From positions 288,001 to 352,000 of the forward strand of contig CAWIIB010000009.1 in the NCBI GenBank assembly GCA_963836075.1: DNA of 64,000 nucleotides. Direction: 5' to 3'. Source of the stretch: an uncultured Acidobacteriota bacterium. GTDB taxonomy: Bacteria; Acidobacteriota; JAQAZP01. The translations under genes were made by a program, and so were the position numbers. Below the pieces are notes generated by a model. That model did not search any database. It saw only the letters and a list, made by a program, of their open reading frames with translations, and was not told the DNA's origin. This document shows positions 62,785 through 64,000 of this stretch, in pieces (the stretch's first letter is position 1; each line of letters opens with the position of its first letter).

Positions 62785-64000
62785 TCACTCCGCCGCACGG
62801 CCGCCGGCCGCCGCCCCGGCAATCATTGCCTGGCCCAGGGCCAGCCCGCCGTCATTCACCGGGATCAGGCCCGGCGGAACCACGCTGAATCGGGACGACT
62901 CCAGCGCTTCGGTGGTCAGGCGGGTCAGGATTCTGTTCTGGAACACGCCCCCACAGAGTACCACAGTCGAAGGGCCGCCGCCTTCCCTGATCAGGCGGCA
63001 GGCCCCGGCCAGGGCTGCGGCCAGGGCCCGGTGAAAGGCCAGGGCCAACCCCGCCCGGTCCTCGCCCTCGAGCAGGCCGCGGACCAGCCCGGCCAGCAGG
63101 GGTTCGGGGTCGAGGATCACCTTGCCCTCTTTTTCGGCCACCTCGATCCCGAGCCAGCTCTGATCACCGGTTCCGGCCTGACCGGCCAGCTGCTCCAGCT
63201 CGATGGCCGCCTGGCCCTGGTAGGTCACGCTGTCCCGCACACCGAGGATCGCCGCCGCCGCGTCGAACAGGCGGCCGGCGCTGGAGGTGAGCGGCGTATT
63301 GAAGCCCCGCTCCACCATTCGGCGGATCACCCCGGCCTCGCCGGGGGCGGCACGGCTCCGGAGGCCGAGCCCGCTTTCCTCGGCCCAGGGCGCCAGCAGC
63401 TGGAGCCAGGCCAGGGCCAGGGCCAGGGGCCGGCGGATCGCCCGGTCGCCGCCGGGGAGCGGCAGGGGCCTGAAGTGGCCGGCCCGGGTGTAGCCCGCGG
63501 CGGAGCCGACCAGCAGTTCCCCGCCCCAGACAGTCCCGTCCGGGCCCCAGCCGCTGCCGTCGAGCACCAGGCCCAGGGCCTGCCCTTCGAGCCCGGCCGC
63601 GGTCATCGCTGAAACCAGGTGCGCGTGGTGGTGCTGGACCGGGACGGCGCGGCGGCCGCTGCCGGACAGCCGCTGGGCCAGGCGGGTGGTGAGCAGATCG
63701 GGGTGCAGGTCGTGGGCCACCAGTTCGGGCTCCAGGCGCAGCCAGCGGCCGAAACGTCCGATCGACTCCTCGAGAAAGGCCAGCGTTTCGAGGTTGTCCA
63801 CGTCGCCGATGTGCTGGGAGAGAAAAGCCCGACGGCCGGTGGCGAGGACAAAGACGGTGCCGGTCATTGCGCCCAGGGCCAGGACCGGGCGGACCGGGCG
63901 GGGCAGCTCCAGCGGCAGCGGTACGAACCCCCGGGAGCGGCGCAGGAGCACCAGCCGCTCCCCGGACATCATCCCCACCGAGTCGTCACAGCGGTTGGCC
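62785..64000 (-). CDS. hypF: HypF, 5' part outside window
   Basis: RRSRG, SQHIGD, QHHHAH, WGGE, SSAGRLFD, GGVFQN, NDGG. Confidence 0.95.
   Translation of the reverse strand, partial: ANRCDDSVGMMSGERLVLLRRSRGFVPLPLELPRPVRPVLALGAMTGTVFVLATGRRAFLSQHIGDVDNLETLAFLEESIGRFGRWLRLEPELVAHDLHPDLLTTRLAQRLSGSGRRAVPVQHHHAHLVSAMTAAGLEGQALGLVLDGSGWGPDGTVWGGELLVGSAAGYTRAGHFRPLPLPGGDRAIRRPLALALAWLQLLAPWAEESGLGLRSRAAPGEAGVIRRMVERGFNTPLTSSAGRLFDAAAAILGVRDSVTYQGQAAIELEQLAGQAGTGDQSWLGIEVAEKEGKVILDPEPLLAGLVRGLLEGEDRAGLALAFHRALAAALAGACRLIREGGGPSTVVLCGGVFQNRILTRLTTEALESSRFSVVPPGLIPVNDGGLALGQAMIAGAAAGGRAAE

Noticed and set aside
59419-64000. hyp cluster as novel
   Set aside because: Ordinary NiFe-hydrogenase maturation operon.

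Overview
GC-rich bacterial window. Many single-base frameshifts, often in homopolymers, suggest an unpolished long-read assembly rather than mass pseudogenisation. (1) 1-5.4 kb: two convergent operons, each led by SAM-II-type riboswitch aptamers: one 5'-truncated copy at the window edge and a tandem pair behind a near-consensus sigma70 promoter. The first genes are not methionine/SAM genes but two uncharacterised proteins sharing a C-terminal domain (WD[TS]GG...YExxGK[YF]Y...GPYxT[LV]D[DE]A), followed by an N-formylglutamate amidohydrolase-like gene and an ADP-ribosylglycohydrolase respectively. This is the best candidate for an undescribed system. (2) 5.4-19.9 kb: accessory/defence-like region with MazEF, NERD-helicase, a Tat-exported PaoABC-like oxidoreductase, toxin-antitoxin relics, HIT, HNH, AlbA_2 and DUF2075 genes, ending at a 3' half of tRNA-Ala(GGC). 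(3) 19.9-30.5 kb: recCBD, interrupted by an AT-rich nuclease/Fic-fragment cassette, with a REP-like palindrome in frame inside recC. (4) 31-37.6 kb: FG-GAP protein, AAA-DUF4143 ATPase, corA, mscS, DUF2062. (5) 37.6-59.3 kb: sigma54-controlled amino-acid/D-Glu-type cluster, then SLC13-TrkA_C transporter, GshB-like ATP-grasp, QEGLA peptidase, amidohydrolase, M15 peptidase, L,D-transpeptidase and a diadenylate cyclase-YbbR fusion. (6) 59.4-64 kb: hypFCDEAB. All assignments come from motif recognition by eye; no database searches were run.
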